Assembly: GCA_030704615.1 (NCBI GenBank)
Contig: CM060731.1
Coordinates: 4,898,001 to 4,962,000, forward strand
Length of the DNA stretch: 64,000 nt
Direction: 5' to 3'
DNA from: Takakia lepidozioides
Lineage: Eukaryota; Plantae; Bryophyta
Shown: positions 60,801 through 64,000 of the stretch, piece after piece
Layout: each line of letters begins with the position of its first letter
Numbering within the stretch: the first letter of the stretch is position 1
Position numbers and translations under genes: made by a program
Notes under the pieces: model-generated
Seen by the model: the letters and a program-made list of their open reading frames with translations, nothing else
The model's database searches: none
What the model was told of the DNA's origin: nothing

Positions 60801-63800
60801 AAAACCAGTCGTTGAGAATAATTTGTTGGTGTTTGGTAGTCTATTAAGTACTGAGGCCAATAATTCGGAAGAAGTTTTTGGAGTCAGTATTGCTCCACAT
60901 GTGCAGTGCGTCTATTTCAAGTCATTTGTTAGTTAACAACATGCTAGGAAAATTCAGGTATTACTTGATGTCGTGTCACCTGGATGTGCAGATACTGAGT
61001 GGCGATGCTGGGCACCTTCTTAATACACATGAGGCCTCTGTCTCTGACCCTGTATGCATGCCCATATTTGAAAGTGTAAGAATCAAAATAGAAGTATGAA
61101 GAAGGAAAGATGGAACAGCATTTTGTTTCACTGAGATTAGGATCAACAAGATGGTTTGCCAATCTCCTCAGACATTGTTGTGGCTTGTTTAGGCCACTAA
61201 GATGACTTTCTGTTCGGGGAAAAGGGAAGCAGCACATGAGATCTTGTTCCCTCTTTCTGAGGGATAAGAGTATTACATTGGTATGCAAATCCCTTTCAGA
61301 ACATTGTTTCAGTCCCTTAGGCCCTCCCGTGGATGTGATAAATACTCTTCTTCATCCCCTTTCTCACCTGAAGGGAAAAAGAGGAAGGAACCCATTTCAA
61401 CTTCTGGTATTCTCAGGGTAAGTGCAGGGCCATGATGTACCATTCAGGGCGGTATACAGCTGCCAAACTTTCCGCCGTAGCTGCTTACAGAGTTGCGGAA
61501 GCAAGAATTGAGATGATTCCTCAACTGCTTTCTGTGACATCTGCATTAACAGTGCTCGAATTTCCTGGCCAACCATTTTGCAGGAGCTTTGAGTTTAAAA
61601 TACATCACGGTCGGAAAATGATGTATTTCCTCACTAACGTGTCTGAAGAAGATGATGAAATGAAATGAAATGAAGAGAAACCAAAGAGCTTGTCAAAAGA
61701 CCCAAATGGCGGCCAGATGTGAGCTGCTACACACTCCAGGTCCTCATAAAGAAATGAAATGGTACTTTATGACGTCCGCGGTAAGCTCAAAGAGCTTATG
61801 GGAGACAAAATGAAATGAAATGAAATGGTACTTTATGAGGTCCTCGGAGCTCAAAGAGCTTATGGGACAAAATGGAAAAAAACAAGAGAAAAAAGGAAAC
61901 AAAACCAGAGCCAAAAAACAGCCCAAAAGCAACTACTGCTCAAGGGATTGTCTAAGGGTCAAGGCCTTGTGCAGGTAAGCTGCCAAGCATTTCTGCTCCT
62001 CATAGTGGAAGACTTCAGTGAAGAAACGAAATGAAATGGTACTTTATAACGTCCAGTGAAGAGAAAGCATGAAAAGAGACAGGGGCCCTCCACAAGCAGC
62101 CCAACCACTATTGTTCAAAGGAATTGTCTACGAGTCTTGAACGCCTCATGCAGCATTTCTGATCCTCATAATGCAAACGTCTGTGAAAGACTGGGTACAG
62201 GAATAGACAATAGAATCTCCCAGAAGATAGTACTGACCCCTATCTCTTAATAGAGAGGTTAGTGACTCAGACAGAACGATAGACCATCTTCTTATATTCA
62301 TTGTCCAGAGGTTGGGAAGAATAATAAGTAGCTTGAAAAGCCATAGAAAAAAGAGACCTTAATCTCCAGGATGATGGTTTGGAATATCCGGGACTTGAGA
62401 TGGCGCCGTACCCGTGACCCCTTTGTGGCGGCCTGAATCTGCTCCACTGCCCTTACAAACCTCTCTGCCATCCAATGGAGCACTTCAAAATGCAGATCTT
62501 CCAAGGGCTTCTTTTCAGCTCTGTTCATGTAGGAGCTTAAATGAATACGGGTATTTCAACTTTCCAGAACCCAATAGTTGAAGTACATCTTGGGTCTTGC
62601 TTGGACAGTAGCTCGAGATATAACTATTTGTATTGTACCCCAAGATGTCATTTTGATCCTTGAACAATTTCTTGGGAATAGTGTAGACAGGATTGTATGT
62701 TGCATTTTGCAGTGGACCCTGGGGCCTCATAGGTCTGTCCAAGCATGTTTGCAACCGTTTCCCTCTCCCATGAAACAGAGGTTGCTTGGATATCACAACT
62801 TTTATACATCTTTAAAGTCCAGTGAGCAGAAACGAAACGAAACGAAATGGAACTATATAATGTCCGCTGAAAGCTCAAAGAGCTTATGGGACAAAAGGGA
62901 AGCAAGAAACAAGAAAAAATAAAAGACAAAGAGCGAAGCCAGAAGCAGCCCAAAAGAAATTACTGCTCAAGGGATTGTCTAAGGGTCAAAGCTTCATGCT
63001 GAAAAGCTGCTAAGCATTTCTGATCGTCATAATGGAAGACTTCAGTGAGAGATTGGGTTATGGCAGCTCTTTCGAAAAAAATCAACCCTATAAGCTTTAC
63101 GCTGTTTCCACCACAATCACCTGGCACTTGAGGGATGTATGCTGCTCACCAAAAGATGGTGCTATAAGGCCTTTGGCCAGGTGCCTCCACTTCACCATGC
63201 TGTAGAATTCCTGCATATGCCCTTCAATCGGCCTCAGCCTTGAGTGCAAGACTTAGTCTGCTCTCTTTATGTTCTGCAATGAGGTTGCTCTACGAGATAG
63301 TTGTCGAAGAGAAATGAAATGAAATGGTGCTTTATAACGTCCGCAGAAAGCTCATAGAGCTTATGGGACAAAATGGAAAGAAAAACATGAGAGAAAGATA
63401 TGTCACTTGCCTAGCATGAAGCACTCTCTACGACGGTTTACCATGCATACTCTTCTGGAAAAGACAGACTTAATGAATCAATGGTTTTGATGCCCAAATG
63501 AAATGAAATAGTACTTAATAACATCCGCGGAAAGACAGTTTCCATAGAATTGCAACAGTAGTTGAAGTCCTGGCCTTGGTCCTATTTTACTTCAGTGCAT
63601 GTGGTGAAAGACAGAAAAATCGAAAACTTCTCTACAACTTGCCTGGAAACAAGGAATGGAAGCAATAGATACACACCTTCACATCTTTTGGAAGGTCCTT
63701 CACCAGAGAAAGCTGTTTCTGAGCTTTTTGCCTCCTCATGAGCGCCCGCCATGCGCGCTGAATCACACTGGCCGCCTTCTGCATTAACGAATACCAGCGC

Positions 63801-63826
63801 TTTACCAGGTTCCCCCTCCGTATTGC
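57898..63826 (-). CDS. Multi-exon IQ-motif protein of unknown family (partial; 5' end beyond the window). Exons 63826-63677, 63210-63121, 62784-62639, 62520-62358, 61564-61441, 61049-60980, 60762-60415, 60120-59844, 59598-59497, 58852-58515, 58252-58034, 57964-57898
   Basis: Twelve GT-AG exons join in phase with no stops. IQ motifs AASVIQRAWRALMRRQ and AVEQIQAATKGSRVRRHL; also PKRPFLRRKS..QKLDWSKVKP. The 3' end is uncertain, with possible further exons near 56072-56116 and 55730-55837. Confidence 0.75.
59102..63534 (-). mobile_element. About ten family B 3' fragments in introns of the IQ gene (59102-59272, 59283-59370, 61655-61675, 61751-61808, 61808-62021, 62022-62054, 62090-62235, 62829-63060, 63310-63395, 63497-63534)
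   Basis: Each has (GAAAT)n followed by GGT(A/G)CTTTATAACGTCCGC and/or the AAAGCTCAAAGAGCTTATGGGACAAAA motif. Boundaries are approximate. Confidence 0.85.
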
Positions 63827-64000
63827 CTGGCCACTACAAGAGTTGTTGTGGGGAACCTAACTCCCAGCAATGCAACAATCACTGAACTAATTGACATCTT
63901 ATGGGTCCTGAGCAATGTTTAATGATTCTTGACAGGCTCAATGGGCTGGTCAAGAAAATTGTTGTTGATTGTGAGAAGGCCTTTTCTTGCAATACTCTGA

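Noticed and set aside
44750-63534. CRISPR-like array from the recurring GGACGTTATAAAGTAC(CATTT)n motif
   Set aside because: Copies are dispersed, irregularly spaced and variably truncated, and they match a LINE 3' end in a eukaryotic context.

Overview
Eukaryotic, intron-rich land-plant genomic DNA. A seed-free plant such as a bryophyte or lycophyte is my inference from the transposon types; it is not proven. Six protein genes could be reconstructed by hand from GT-AG boundaries and reading phase: (1) the 3' part of a NOM1/SGD1-like MIF4G-MA3 nucleolar protein (+); (2) a 20S proteasome alpha subunit PAF (-); (3) a small conserved MSLxCLxC plant protein (+); (4) an IQ67-domain IQD protein (+) whose conserved IQ67 acceptor reads GG instead of AG; (5) a DCD/NRP-type protein (-); (6) a multi-exon IQ-motif protein of unknown family (-) that runs off the right end. 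Introns and intergenic DNA are full of retroelements. Family A is a young APE-RT LINE (RTE/RTEX-like) that inserts at TC-rich sites, and it has four independent ~68-bp 3'-end copies that all start within 1 nt of the same base and each carry their own TSD. Family B is an RTEX-like LINE with (CATTT)n tails, present as about 20 fragments. Also present are a complete 367-bp TRIM whose LTRs each contain a full tRNA cloverleaf, a CRE-type RLE retrotransposon with a micro-inverted 3' end, tRNA-SINEs sharing one 3' tail, a solo LTR, and hAT and Tc1/pogo-like MITEs. The most interesting signals are the fixed-length 68-nt mobile LINE tail and the tRNA-LTR TRIM. All calls are by eye; no database searches were run.
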